Positions 8,172 through 18,789 of a stretch of DNA of 64,000 nucleotides are shown in pieces (the stretch's first letter is position 1; every line of letters starts with the position of its first letter). The stretch covers positions 10,081 to 74,080 of the forward strand of contig CAMHJE010000003.1 of assembly GCA_946185305.1 (NCBI GenBank), in the 5' to 3' direction. This stretch comes from an uncultured Clostridia bacterium (GTDB lineage: Bacteria > Bacillota > Clostridia > Christensenellales > CAG-138). The translations under genes and the position numbers were made by a program. The notes below the pieces were generated by a model. The model saw only the letters and a program-made list of their open reading frames with translations. It made no database searches and was not told the origin of the DNA.

Positions 8172-10321
8172 TATCTATTTTGGAGTGTTTCGATTCGTTT
8201 TTCCCATGCGGTAGGCTCCGGCCAAAGCGTGCCGTCCGGGTCGAAGCCCATACGGATGGCGCGGCTGTAATAGGTCAGCTTGGCAAGCAGGTGCGGGTAG
8301 GCAAGGTATTCATCCTGCAGCTCGTCGGCCAGCAGCGTTCCCAGCAGCACCGCGCGATCCTCGGTCGGGTACGTTTTGGCGTATTTCATCAGATAATATA
8401 CGCGGTCGGTTCTGCCTTTTTTGAGGTATGTTTTGTCCGAAAGCGTATAGGTATCGGAACCGGAAAGCTCATAGGAGTTTCCTTTGCCGTCTACGTACGC
8501 ATAGTAGTATTGAAAATCGGACGGGTTCAGCGTATTCCAGCTGTTTTCTCCCCATACATCGACGGGAAGCGACAGAGAATCCAGTTTGCCGTCGATCATG
8601 TGCGCGATTTCGTGAAACAGCGTGTAGCGCACCTCCGAAAGGTAGGCGACATCGAGCATGATCAGCCGCCATTGTCCGAGCGTACCGGTTACGGCGGCCG
8701 GATAATCGAGCGATCCGCTGCTCAAGGAACGGATCGTGCCGCAAATTTCCAATACGATCCCGTCAAGATGGTTCTCACACAGAATCTCAAAAAAGTGCGG
8801 CGGGTACTCAGCCAGTACGGCTTCGATCTGCGTCAGCACCTCGTCCAGCCGAACGGGATCGCTTTCCGCGCTTGTGAGGGGAAAAAGATCGGCCTTATGG
8901 GTGTACAGACAAAGCTGCGCGTCGCGTCCGAGCAGCACGGTTACGCCGTATTGATCTTGGATGCGTCGAACTCTTTCCGCGAAGACGCCGTAATCCGGTT
9001 CGGGAGCAGGCAGCGGCGAAAACAGCGGTTCACTGTAGGTCATGCCGGACAATGGTTCTGTCTCGGCGGCGGCAAGGCTTGTCAGCAGCAGACCGACCGT
9101 TTCATTGTCGATCTGAACATGCGTCAGCACATAGCTTCCGTCCGTTGCGTCGCAATAGGTTTTCGGGAAAAGAAACGCGCTCTCGGCTTCGCCTGTTTCG
9201 GCCCATTTCGCTTCGACAAGCGATGTATACCGCTCGTTTTGATACAGCGCCGCCATGGAAAGGGTCGAAACCGAGGTATGCACCGGATCGAAATAGCGAA
9301 GGGTATAGTTGTTGTCGTACGATTCGACCAAAAACCCGTTTTGAACGGGGATAACGGAAGGATAATACTCCGTTTTCGTCCATTCGGCGGCGAAGATTTC
9401 GGAAGAATCAAAATTATCCGCCTTTTTGAGCGTAATGCACGATTTTTCGCCTTCTGTTTCGCTCCAATCGTTTGTGTAAGAGAGCGTGGAAAGACCGTGC
9501 TCGCTTTCGCAAAGGTACACATCCCGCGGTGCACAGCCGATAAATTCGCCTGTCGTCAGATCGACGGCGACGGTTTTTCGTTCAAAATCACGATTGTCGG
9601 TCACATGAAAGACGCCTGTATGACCGTCTTCGGAAACGGAAAGCAGCTCGGGATAGGAGTAGTGGTAGTCAAATTGGAAAAGCGGCTTTTCTTCGCCGTC
9701 AAAGCCGATGGAATACAGCGTATTTTGCATGCCGTCCAGCGCGATCGCGCCGCCCGCAAAGCCGAAGCAGCCGTAAAGATAGAAATTCCGGTCGGTCACA
9801 TTCTTCCGCGTGCGGTGCTTGCCGTCCGGCGTGAACAGATACAGCGTCTGCGTTTGCCCGTCCAAAAACAGCGGCGGGGTCATGGAAAAGCATTGCATCT
9901 GATCGGTATACAGCAGCGGTTCGGGCAGAAGATCGGTATACAGCTCGGTTTCGACGCCGGTGGAAAGGTTGAAGCGGTGCAAAAAAAGCATATCAAGGTT
10001 GCTGCTTGCGTATAAAACCGTCAGCTCATCCTTGTCCGAAAAGCCGGCATGCAAAAGCGTCTTGCCGTCCCTTTGCAGCAGCGGCAGAATATCGTAAACG
10101 GCTTCCGTTTCGGAGAGCTGATACGGCGCAAGCGAAAAAGGCGGCGGCTCCGGCGTCGGGGACGGCGTGGGATATTCGATTTGGACCGTAAGCACCGGCG
10201 GCCGTTCGGTCGGCGCGGGAAAGGACTGCGGCTGCAAAATGGGGTCGCTTTTCGTGCAGGCGACCAAAAGACAGCTTAACAGCAGCAACGCAAAACAAAT
10301 TTTCCGCTTGGATGGATGCAT
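8171..10321 (-). CDS. Lipoprotein with C-terminal zincin-like (HExxH) metallopeptidase domain
   Basis: Lipobox LVAC, P/T linker, HEIAH and downstream EDRA. Confidence 0.7.
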   Translation of the reverse strand: MHPSKRKICFALLLLSCLLVACTKSDPILQPQSFPAPTERPPVLTVQIEYPTPSPTPEPPPFSLAPYQLSETEAVYDILPLLQRDGKTLLHAGFSDKDELTVLYASSNLDMLFLHRFNLSTGVETELYTDLLPEPLLYTDQMQCFSMTPPLFLDGQTQTLYLFTPDGKHRTRKNVTDRNFYLYGCFGFAGGAIALDGMQNTLYSIGFDGEEKPLFQFDYHYSYPELLSVSEDGHTGVFHVTDNRDFERKTVAVDLTTGEFIGCAPRDVYLCESEHGLSTLSYTNDWSETEGEKSCITLKKADNFDSSEIFAAEWTKTEYYPSVIPVQNGFLVESYDNNYTLRYFDPVHTSVSTLSMAALYQNERYTSLVEAKWAETGEAESAFLFPKTYCDATDGSYVLTHVQIDNETVGLLLTSLAAAETEPLSGMTYSEPLFSPLPAPEPDYGVFAERVRRIQDQYGVTVLLGRDAQLCLYTHKADLFPLTSAESDPVRLDEVLTQIEAVLAEYPPHFFEILCENHLDGIVLEICGTIRSLSSGSLDYPAAVTGTLGQWRLIMLDVAYLSEVRYTLFHEIAHMIDGKLDSLSLPVDVWGENSWNTLNPSDFQYYYAYVDGKGNSYELSGSDTYTLSDKTYLKKGRTDRVYYLMKYAKTYPTEDRAVLLGTLLADELQDEYLAYPHLLAKLTYYSRAIRMGFDPDGTLWPEPTAWEKRIETLQNR

Positions 10322-10466
10322 CGCATTTCTCCCTTCCTTATCGGATGCAGTATAGCATATTCACGGCACAGCCGCAACCCTCCGGGTTTTTTCGCGCCGA
10401 TTTACGGGAAAGCCTTTCCAAAATACAAAAGATGCGATATAATACGCCCAAAGGGAGGGTAATCAT

Positions 10467-11309
10467 ATGCCTGTTATCATTGTATGTGTGATTTTGATTT
10501 TGTTATGCGCTCTGTATCTGTTTATGATCGCCGGCAAAAAGCCGGAGGAGCGTTTGGCCGCGCCGTTTCGGAATCTGCAATGCGCGCACCGCGGCTTTTA
10601 TGAAAAGGATCAGTCCGTGCCGGAGAATACGCTGCGCGCGTTTGAACGCGCCGTCGAGAATGACTACGGCGTGGAACTCGATGTGCAACTGACCATGGAC
10701 GGCAAGGTCGTTGTGTTCCACGACGATGATGTGGATCGTGAAACGACGTTTAAGGGCCGTGTGGACAGTTATACCTTAAAGGAGCTACAGTCCATGTCCC
10801 TGTTCGGTACGCACGGCAATAAGCTCGGCATTCCGCTGTTTACCGACGTGATGGCGGTGCTGGACGGCAAAAGCCCGACGATCGTGGAGCTGAAATCGAC
10901 CGAAAACTATGTAGAGCTTTGCGAAAAGACGCTTGCCATTCTGCGCACCTGCGAAGGCCCGTTCTGCGTGGAGAGCTTTGACTATCGCATCGTGCAATGG
11001 TTCCGCAAGAACGCGCCGGATCTGATGCGCGGACAGCTCACCGAATCCTATGCGGGCTGGCGCAAGGCCTGCAGCCCGATCAAGGCGTTTGCCATGTCGC
11101 ATCTTTGGACGAATGTTTTGACGCGTCCGGACTTTATCGCCTACGGCGGCTCCATGAAGCGGCCTTTGGCATGGCATCTTGCCAAATGGCGCGGTACGAT
11201 GCTCGTCTACTGGACGGAGGAACCGCAGGACGATCATAAGACGCTGCAAAAGTGGTATGACAATCTGATCTTCCAATATTTCAAACCCGCCAGAAACTAT
11301 ACAAAATAA
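10467..11309 (+). CDS. Membrane-anchored glycerophosphodiester phosphodiesterase
   Basis: AHRG, PENTLRAF, VELDVQLT, VVFHDD; N-terminal TM. Confidence 0.9.
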   Translation: MPVIIVCVILILLCALYLFMIAGKKPEERLAAPFRNLQCAHRGFYEKDQSVPENTLRAFERAVENDYGVELDVQLTMDGKVVVFHDDDVDRETTFKGRVDSYTLKELQSMSLFGTHGNKLGIPLFTDVMAVLDGKSPTIVELKSTENYVELCEKTLAILRTCEGPFCVESFDYRIVQWFRKNAPDLMRGQLTESYAGWRKACSPIKAFAMSHLWTNVLTRPDFIAYGGSMKRPLAWHLAKWRGTMLVYWTEEPQDDHKTLQKWYDNLIFQYFKPARNYTK

Positions 11310-11327
11310 CCGAAAGGATCATAGCGC

Positions 11328-13634
11328 ATGAGTATTCAGGTATCGGACGGCGTTTTTCGTCTGCACACGGCGGAAACGACGTACCTGTTCCGCACCACCG
11401 CGTTCGGCCATCTTGAATCGCTGCATTACGGGCGGCGTGTGGAGGACGCGGATGTGGAGTCCCTTCGCTACAAGCACGAAATCCCGCACGGCAGTACCGT
11501 TCTGTATGACGAAAAGGCCGATCCGAGCTATTGCCTTGAGGAGCTGCCGCTCGAATGGTCGGGCGTCGGCAAGGGCGATTTTCGGGTGACGCCGATGGAG
11601 CTGCGCCTGCCGGACGGCAGCTTCACCTGTGACTTTGTCTATGATTCCCACCGGATCGAGAGCGGTATCGTTAAAATGGACACGCTGCCGCAGAGCGCGG
11701 GGATCGGCGCCGAAACGCTGCTCGTTACGCTGAAGGACAAGGCATTTACCGTCTATCTCGATCTCTATTACACGGTATACGAAGCGGAGAACGTGATCAC
11801 GCGCCGCGCTGTGCTGCGCAATGCGGAGCAGACGCCGGTTTTACTGAAACGGCTCATGAGCTATTCGCTCGATCTGCCCGACCGCGGCTATACGGTGGCG
11901 ACGCTGTCCGGCGGATGGATCAACGAAGCGAACGTGATTGAGCGTAAATTGGAGACGGGGATGCTCGTCAACGAAAGCACGAGCTTTTCACAGCATCGGC
12001 ACAACCCCGCCGTCGCGCTTCTGTCGCGCGGGGCGACGGAGGACAACGGCCTGGTGTACGGCTTCAATCTTGTCTACGGCGGCAACCATCAGACCTCGGT
12101 GGAGCTGAGTCCGACGGGACTGGTGCGCATCACGGGCGGCATCAATCCCTACTGCTTCCTGTGGGAGCTGCAGCCGGGAGAGAAATTTGAAACGCCGGAA
12201 GCCGTGATGACCTGCTCGCTCGGCGGCAAAAACGGCATGTCGCAGAACTTTCATGCGTTCGTGCAAAAGCAGATCGTCCGCGGGGACTGGCAGAACAAAG
12301 AACGCCCGATCCTGATCAACAACTGGGAAGCGAATTTTTTTCAATTTCGGCAGAACTCGCTCTTGCGCTTGGCCAAACGCGGTAAGCGTTTAGGCTGTGA
12401 GCTGTTCGTGCTGGACGACGGCTGGTTCGGTGCGCGCAACACCGATACGGCGGGCCTCGGCGATTATACGGTCAACCGGAAAAAGCTGCCGGATGGCTTG
12501 GATGGGCTCGGCAAGCGAGTCAACGGTCTCGGCCTTTCGTTCGGGCTTTGGTTCGAGCCGGAGAACGTCAACGACGATTCCGACCTGTACCGTGCGCATC
12601 CGGACTGGGCGATCCAGCGTCCGAACCGGACGCCCGCGCTCGGACGGCACCAAAAGATTCTGAATCTTGCGCTGCCGGCGGTGCGCAATTACATCGTGGA
12701 AAACGTGTCGCACATCCTCGATACCTGCCCGATTGCGTATGTGAAGTGGGACATGAACCGCAAAGTCAGCGATTTTGAGGACGGCGCGTTTCTGCATCGC
12801 TACATGATCGGCTATTATGAGGTGCTGTCCCGCATCTTCCGGCCGCGGCCGCAGATTCTGCTGGAGGGCTGCGCGTCGGGCGGAGGCCGGTTTGATCTCG
12901 GACACCTATGTTTTGCGCAGCAGATCTGGGCGTCGGACGACACCGATCCCATCGAACGGCTTCGGATCCAGGGCGGGCTTTCGCTGTTCTATCCGGTTTC
13001 GACGATGGGCGCGCACGTTTCGATGGCGCCGCATCAGCAGACGCTGCGGCATACGCCGCTGTTCACGCGGTTTGCGGTCGCGGCGTTCGGCGCATTCGGA
13101 TTGGAGCTCGACCCGATGGATTTAACGCCGATCGATCGAAAGGTTTTGACCTCGATGCTGTCGGAGTACCGGAAGATCCGAAAGACCTGCCAGTTCGGCA
13201 CGTTTACGCGCGTGGACACCGGCAATCCGCATATCATCCAATGGCAGGCGCAGTCCGAAACGCAGACGGTCATTCTGCGGGCCAAGACGCTGACAAAGGC
13301 GGCGCAGGTAAACGATCTGCTGACCGTGACCGGGCTCGATCCACATAAAACCTATACATGCCGCGAGATACAAAATCCGCTGTTCGTTGCAGGCTTCGGC
13401 ACGCTGTTAAAGCACATTCTGCCGGTCAAGATCCGTTCGTACAGTCATATTTTGCTGGCGGCGAATAAACGCCTGAAGATGGACGATTATGCCGAGCAGT
13501 ATCGCGCGTCCGGCGCGCAGCTGATGGCCGGGGTGCAGCTGCACCGTTCGTTCATCGGTACCGGCTATTCCGAAAAAATGCACATGCAGGGCGATGATTC
13601 GGCCATGCTGTTTGTGATCACGGAGGATTCATGA
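11328..13634 (+). CDS. Alpha-galactosidase, GH36
   Basis: INNWEA, FVLDDGWFG, FGLWFEPE, KWDMNR, CASGGGRFD, WASDDTD. Confidence 0.93.
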   Translation: MSIQVSDGVFRLHTAETTYLFRTTAFGHLESLHYGRRVEDADVESLRYKHEIPHGSTVLYDEKADPSYCLEELPLEWSGVGKGDFRVTPMELRLPDGSFTCDFVYDSHRIESGIVKMDTLPQSAGIGAETLLVTLKDKAFTVYLDLYYTVYEAENVITRRAVLRNAEQTPVLLKRLMSYSLDLPDRGYTVATLSGGWINEANVIERKLETGMLVNESTSFSQHRHNPAVALLSRGATEDNGLVYGFNLVYGGNHQTSVELSPTGLVRITGGINPYCFLWELQPGEKFETPEAVMTCSLGGKNGMSQNFHAFVQKQIVRGDWQNKERPILINNWEANFFQFRQNSLLRLAKRGKRLGCELFVLDDGWFGARNTDTAGLGDYTVNRKKLPDGLDGLGKRVNGLGLSFGLWFEPENVNDDSDLYRAHPDWAIQRPNRTPALGRHQKILNLALPAVRNYIVENVSHILDTCPIAYVKWDMNRKVSDFEDGAFLHRYMIGYYEVLSRIFRPRPQILLEGCASGGGRFDLGHLCFAQQIWASDDTDPIERLRIQGGLSLFYPVSTMGAHVSMAPHQQTLRHTPLFTRFAVAAFGAFGLELDPMDLTPIDRKVLTSMLSEYRKIRKTCQFGTFTRVDTGNPHIIQWQAQSETQTVILRAKTLTKAAQVNDLLTVTGLDPHKTYTCREIQNPLFVAGFGTLLKHILPVKIRSYSHILLAANKRLKMDDYAEQYRASGAQLMAGVQLHRSFIGTGYSEKMHMQGDDSAMLFVITEDS

Positions 13635-15943
13635 AAAACACGGCAAAGCCCAAGCGAAGCAAAGTCGCTGTCATTATCATTCTTATTCTTGTTGCGCTGC
13701 TGGCCGCAGGCGGCGGCATTGCCGGTTTTTTGGCCGGTTCGGCGCAAAAGACGTATGAAGCCGCTTTGACCGCTTTGGACGGCGGCTTTGCGGCGCTGTC
13801 CGCAGGCGACGAGGCCATCGAAAAGCTGCAAGGCAATCCGTTCGGCGCGGGCAGGATCGAGGCGATTCGCGCGCGGCAGACCGAAATCACCGCTGCTGAG
13901 ATCCAGCGGCTGATCGACGCGGACGAGCTGGACAGCGCGGAAGCAATATTGAACGGCGCGACCGTCCCGGAAAAGGAGACTTTTGCGAATGCGATTGCCG
14001 TGCGGCGCCAGGAAATTGCCGACGCCGACGCTTACGCGGCGGCAGACGCCCTCGAAGCGAGCGGCGACGAGATCGGTGCGCTGACGGCGTTTGTCGCGCT
14101 CGGCTCGTATGCGGACGCGGCGCAGCGTGCCGCAGCGATTCAGATGCGGCTCGACTATGCAAATGCGGAAGCCGTGTTCACCGGAGAGAATTATGAAGAG
14201 GGGATCGCGGCCTTGCGCGCCTTGGGCACGGCGCAGGGCGATGAAGCGGCGGATCGGCTCGAAGCGACGTACCTTGCGGTGCTTGCCGAGCAAAAGGAAG
14301 CGCTGCGGCTCTCCATCATCGAAGCGGCGCAGGGAAAGCTCAAGGCAGGGCTTTGGTATACCGCAGGTTTTGCGGATGCGCCGATGCTTTCGGGCGACGC
14401 GCGCTATCCCGCGGCTCCCCGGCAGGCCGATGCGGTTTTTTCGGGATTTGCCGGCGTATTTTGGATTAAGGACGGAAGCATAGTCGGGTATAACGATGCG
14501 TTCGGCGGCAGAGACAAGCTCGAAGCCATGACCGATATCAAGACCATGGCCGTCGGGTTGAATCATGCGGTCGTGGTGCATCAAAACGGACGCGTGGAGG
14601 GGATCGGCTGCAACGTTGCCGGTCAAATTGAATTCGGGCGGCTGAACCATATCGAATCGGCTGCGGCGGGCGCATGGCATACTGTCGTGCTGCAGCAAAG
14701 CGGGCATGTCGATGCGGTCGGAAGCAACGACCGCGGGCAATGCGACGTGCAGAGCTGGAACGACGTAACGGCGATTGCGGCTGGACTTTGGCACACGGTC
14801 GCGCTGAAAAATGACGGTACGGTTCTGGCGACGGGCGACAATACCTACAGGCAATGCGACGTGCAGGACTGGACGGATATCATCGCCATCGACTGCGGCG
14901 CCTGTACGACCGTCGGACTGCGGAAGGACGGCACGGTCGTCTTTGCGGGCGACAACGCGGCGGGGCAGGGCAACGTTTCGGACTGGACCGAGATCGCGGC
15001 TGTCGCGGCGGGCGCCTACCACACGGCGGCGGTGCGGCTCGACGGCACCGTGCTGTATGCGGGCATCGACACCTGCGGGCAGACGGCGTTTGCCGATAAG
15101 CTGTTTACAAACGAATGGGTCTGTGAAACGGCGTGTGAAAGCCATATCATGGCCGACGGCGTCGCCACCGCGTACATCGAGGGCGAGGGCAGCGAGCGCG
15201 GGCCGTGGCTCTATTGCGGCAGGGACGGCGCGGCAATGATCATTATTGACGAATCGGAAGCAAAGCAGCCGTTCCGCGCGGATCTGTTTGCGGTTTCGAC
15301 CGCGCTGCCGGGCGGCCGTGTGACGGATCCGGAAGCAAGCGGCAAGGTGATCCGAATGAGCACCGCGCTGCCGGAGGAGCAGGCGCGCGCGGCCAAGGCG
15401 GTCATCGGGTTTACGGGCGATTATCTGGCGTATACCTCGAACCGCAAGGGCGTGATGATGCGCAACGGGATCGTCTATTACGACCGCAGCGAAACGACGA
15501 CGCTTGCAATCCTGCCGGACGGCACGCTGAAAATCTACAATGCCGGGGAAATCACCGCGCAGCAGCTGTTGGACATGGGCGTAAGGGACAGCTTTTCCTT
15601 CGGTCCGGTGCTGGTGAACGACGGACAAGCAGCAATGCCCAAGCGCGTGGAGCAGGGCGTGTATACGATGCGCGTCGGCTTCGGCTATACCGATCCGTAT
15701 CACTATGTCGTCGGCGTGGCAATGCGCGACCGCTTGCAGCAAATGACGCTGACCGAGCTTTCCGAGCTGTTCGTGCGCTACGGCTGCCGCGTTGCTTATA
15801 ACTTCGACGGCGGCCATTCGACCTCGCTTGTGTTCATGGGAAAGGAGCTGTCCATGCTGACGCTGCGCGATACGCCGCACAGCAACATCCGCGCCCTCAG
15901 CGATATCCTTGTGTTCATGACGGATGAACGAGTCGGAAACTGA
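13631..15943 (+). CDS. Membrane-anchored RCC1-repeat protein with C-terminal phosphodiester glycosidase (NAGPA-like) domain
   Basis: TM; repeats AAGxWHTVxLxxDGTVxAxGxN; SFGPVLV, AYNFDGGHS. Confidence 0.75.
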   Translation: MKNTAKPKRSKVAVIIILILVALLAAGGGIAGFLAGSAQKTYEAALTALDGGFAALSAGDEAIEKLQGNPFGAGRIEAIRARQTEITAAEIQRLIDADELDSAEAILNGATVPEKETFANAIAVRRQEIADADAYAAADALEASGDEIGALTAFVALGSYADAAQRAAAIQMRLDYANAEAVFTGENYEEGIAALRALGTAQGDEAADRLEATYLAVLAEQKEALRLSIIEAAQGKLKAGLWYTAGFADAPMLSGDARYPAAPRQADAVFSGFAGVFWIKDGSIVGYNDAFGGRDKLEAMTDIKTMAVGLNHAVVVHQNGRVEGIGCNVAGQIEFGRLNHIESAAAGAWHTVVLQQSGHVDAVGSNDRGQCDVQSWNDVTAIAAGLWHTVALKNDGTVLATGDNTYRQCDVQDWTDIIAIDCGACTTVGLRKDGTVVFAGDNAAGQGNVSDWTEIAAVAAGAYHTAAVRLDGTVLYAGIDTCGQTAFADKLFTNEWVCETACESHIMADGVATAYIEGEGSERGPWLYCGRDGAAMIIIDESEAKQPFRADLFAVSTALPGGRVTDPEASGKVIRMSTALPEEQARAAKAVIGFTGDYLAYTSNRKGVMMRNGIVYYDRSETTTLAILPDGTLKIYNAGEITAQQLLDMGVRDSFSFGPVLVNDGQAAMPKRVEQGVYTMRVGFGYTDPYHYVVGVAMRDRLQQMTLTELSELFVRYGCRVAYNFDGGHSTSLVFMGKELSMLTLRDTPHSNIRALSDILVFMTDERVGN

Positions 15944-16004
15944 TTAAGCATAGTATATAAAACCGCACGGCAGAACACCGTGCGATTTTCCTTGTTTTGG
16001 CGGT

Positions 16005-17594
16005 TTAATCCGGCAGGAACGGTTCCTCCGGAACGTTGGTTTTCAGCATCGAACGGAACGCGGAAAAGCGCGGATGGTCGCGCCAGCCGAGGTTCGTGCT
16101 CGATACCGAAGTCAGATCATACTGCGCGTTCGGGAACGCGGCCAGCAGCGCGTCGAGGCTCTCCTTGGAGCAATAATCCTGCGTCTGCTTGCCGATCCAG
16201 ATGCGTTCTAATTTTTTGCAGTTTTGCAGCGGAGAAAGATCTGCCGTATGCGTGATGCAAAGGTTCACATCCAACAGCTCCGGCAGCTCGCCGAGCGTCG
16301 AGATATCCGAGATCGGGTTCATAAACAGCTCGACGTATTTCAGCTGCGTGCAGTTTTGCAGCGGCGTGATATCCTTGAGCCGCCGGTTGTCGGCCAGGAT
16401 CAGCACCTGCAATTTGGTGAGATGCTTGATCCAGGAGATGTCCGCAATCTGGTTGTGGCCGAGATCGAGCACGATCAGATCGGTGCAGTATTGCAGCACG
16501 GACACGTCGTTCGCATCCTGCCGGTTGTTGTTGTTGCCGTCCTGCATCGTTGAAAAGGCGATAGCGTCGGTGCGGCAGCGCCATTTATGGAACCGCACGG
16601 TCCAAACGACCTTGGTGTTCGGATAGCGGCTCTGTAAAAGGCCGAGCTGCGGGTTTGTCAGATTGCATCCGTCCAGCTCGATGCGTTCAAGTGCTTCAAA
16701 CGCTCCGAGCTCGTCGGAAAACGCCTCCGCATCGGCAATCTTCGCGTCGTGCAGGTCGAGCATGGGCGTCATGCTGTCGTATACCTTGCCGTTCAGCGTC
16801 ACATTCCGGTGCAGGCGCACGGCCGGAAACGCGTTTTTCAGCGCCGCGGCTTCCTCGTCGGTCAGCGCACAGGCGTAGCAATCCAAATCACTTACGTGCG
16901 GGTGACAGGCAAGCCAGCCGGTAATCTCCTGCAGCGGCGCCTCCGTGATCGTCAGTTCGACGGCGGAAGAATCCGACGCGCCGAAGTACGCGTCATTCCA
17001 CAGCACGGTCAGCTCCGGCCGCAGTGCAAGCAGCATAGCGGCTGCCTCCCGTCCGTCGGACAGCAGCGTAAGCTCCACGCGTTCGAGCGCCGGAAGCTGT
17101 GAAAGCAGCATGTTCCACGTTTCGGCATCGGTCGGCGCGTCAGCGGGAAGGGAAAGCGCAATCACGGTGTCGGGCGCGGCGCCGTCCGGAAACCGACAGC
17201 GCACGGTCAGCGCCGGGTGCGCGGCTTCCCATTGGAGCAGCTGCGCCCAGTCGGAAAGATGATCGGTCCAGCCTTCATTAAACTGTATATCTATTTCCCG
17301 CAAAGCGGGCAGCTTTTGGAGCGCATCGTCGAGTGCGTCAAACGAAGAAATCGGCATCTGAACAGCAATCGCTTCGGCATCCGGCGCATAGCTTTGCCCG
17401 AACACAGAAACCGGCTCCGGCGTCGGCTCCGGTGTGGGCTGCGGGGAAGGCGTCTCGGTCACGACCGGCGCATGCGTGGGCGTCGGGGCAGGCGCAGCGA
17501 CAGGCGCGGCGGTTTCGCCGCAGCCGTAAAGACACAGCGCCAACAGCAGCGCGCCGGTGATAAAAAGACGATTTTTGCTCACAATCCACCTCAA
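16005..17594 (-). CDS. Leucine-rich-repeat lipoprotein
   Basis: Lipobox LYGC, P/T linker, LDLGHNQIADIS / LILADNRRLKDIT repeats. Confidence 0.8.
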   Translation of the reverse strand: MRWIVSKNRLFITGALLLALCLYGCGETAAPVAAPAPTPTHAPVVTETPSPQPTPEPTPEPVSVFGQSYAPDAEAIAVQMPISSFDALDDALQKLPALREIDIQFNEGWTDHLSDWAQLLQWEAAHPALTVRCRFPDGAAPDTVIALSLPADAPTDAETWNMLLSQLPALERVELTLLSDGREAAAMLLALRPELTVLWNDAYFGASDSSAVELTITEAPLQEITGWLACHPHVSDLDCYACALTDEEAAALKNAFPAVRLHRNVTLNGKVYDSMTPMLDLHDAKIADAEAFSDELGAFEALERIELDGCNLTNPQLGLLQSRYPNTKVVWTVRFHKWRCRTDAIAFSTMQDGNNNNRQDANDVSVLQYCTDLIVLDLGHNQIADISWIKHLTKLQVLILADNRRLKDITPLQNCTQLKYVELFMNPISDISTLGELPELLDVNLCITHTADLSPLQNCKKLERIWIGKQTQDYCSKESLDALLAAFPNAQYDLTSVSSTNLGWRDHPRFSAFRSMLKTNVPEEPFLPD

Positions 17595-17654
17595 AAATAC
17601 GGTAAAATCCTACCCAAACCATACCATATTTCCAACCGGATTGCAATACTGTGC

Positions 17655-18683
17655 TTACGGCTCCGGACTTCGTCCCATCGGCAGCAGCCGCACCCAATAC
17701 CCTACGCCGTCCTGCTTCAGATAGCGCGTATAGCCCGAAAGCCCCTTCGGCGGTTCCGGCGTATACGCCCCGCGTACCGCAAGGATGCGCACGCGCTCGC
17801 CGCGGTGCTGCCAAAGCCCCTCAAAGCGCATCCGGTCGCCGTCCTGCACGGCGCGCCATACCGCCCCCGGAAAGATCGCGGGGAACAGCCGGATCGGGGC
17901 GGTCTGCTCGTGCCGTACATGCAAAAGCGGCGCCGCTACATCGTAGGGAACCGCGTCTTCGCAGGCGACGTCAGTCTTTGCAGCGGACGAAAAGCCCGTG
18001 CGATCAGAAGGCGAACACGCCGAAATATCCCGATTTTGCACCGAAAAATCCTCCGTATTATCCACAGTATCCACCGGGTTATCCACAGTCTGCCCCGAAA
18101 TAGGGATAGATATGGTTTCCGTCGCAGGCATCGGATGTCGTGCTTCTAAACGGGAAAAGACGGATTTTGCCCGATAAACAATGGGATTTTCGGCAAAATC
18201 AACAAAAGTCGGCACACTGTCGCCGGATTTCTTATCATGCGACATTTTTACACCTGATTCATCCGTATCCTGTATTTGGGGCGCGGAAACCGGCTCTGCC
18301 GTCTGCCGATCCGGCACGGAATCCGGCGCAGCGGGCGATTCGACGGACGGAATCTCCTCCGCTTTTTGCGCAGCCATCGGCTCGCATTTTACATGATTGG
18401 GATTATTTTGGGATAAGCGATAGAGCAATTCGCTTGTTGTGACACCGCTGCCGGGCGCGACGCCGCCATAGACCAGCGCGCCGTCCTTCGTGCCGAGCAA
18501 TCCCTCCGGAACGGCGGCAGGCGCGCTGTCGCCGGGGCGCAGAGGGAGCTGTCGACCGTCGGCAAACAGCGTCGCTTCGGCGTCGATGGGGCGGGAGAGC
18601 GAGAAGGTTGCGCGACCGTTCTGGACGCAGACGCGGCCGACGACGGTGCCGTTTTTATGCTTGATCGGAAAGTAGAAAAACAT
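17655..18683 (-). CDS. Hypothetical protein with low-complexity central linker
   Basis: GAGGTG RBS before ATG 18683 (MFFYFPIK...); globular-looking ends. Confidence 0.65.
   Translation of the reverse strand: MFFYFPIKHKNGTVVGRVCVQNGRATFSLSRPIDAEATLFADGRQLPLRPGDSAPAAVPEGLLGTKDGALVYGGVAPGSGVTTSELLYRLSQNNPNHVKCEPMAAQKAEEIPSVESPAAPDSVPDRQTAEPVSAPQIQDTDESGVKMSHDKKSGDSVPTFVDFAENPIVYRAKSVFSRLEARHPMPATETISIPISGQTVDNPVDTVDNTEDFSVQNRDISACSPSDRTGFSSAAKTDVACEDAVPYDVAAPLLHVRHEQTAPIRLFPAIFPGAVWRAVQDGDRMRFEGLWQHRGERVRILAVRGAYTPEPPKGLSGYTRYLKQDGVGYWVRLLPMGRSPEP
18058..18087 (+). promoter_or_regulatory. DnaA-box cluster inside a CDS
   Basis: TTATCCACA 18058-18066, GTATCCACC 18067-18075, TTATCCACA 18079-18087. 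Confidence 0.65.
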
Positions 18684-18789
18684 GAAAAAATCACCTCGTT
18701 CTATTGTATAACACCGGTTTTCGTTGTATGATAGAATTATCAAAATATACGGTCGTGCGGCGAAAAACTGCGCGGCGACGGAGGAAAAT

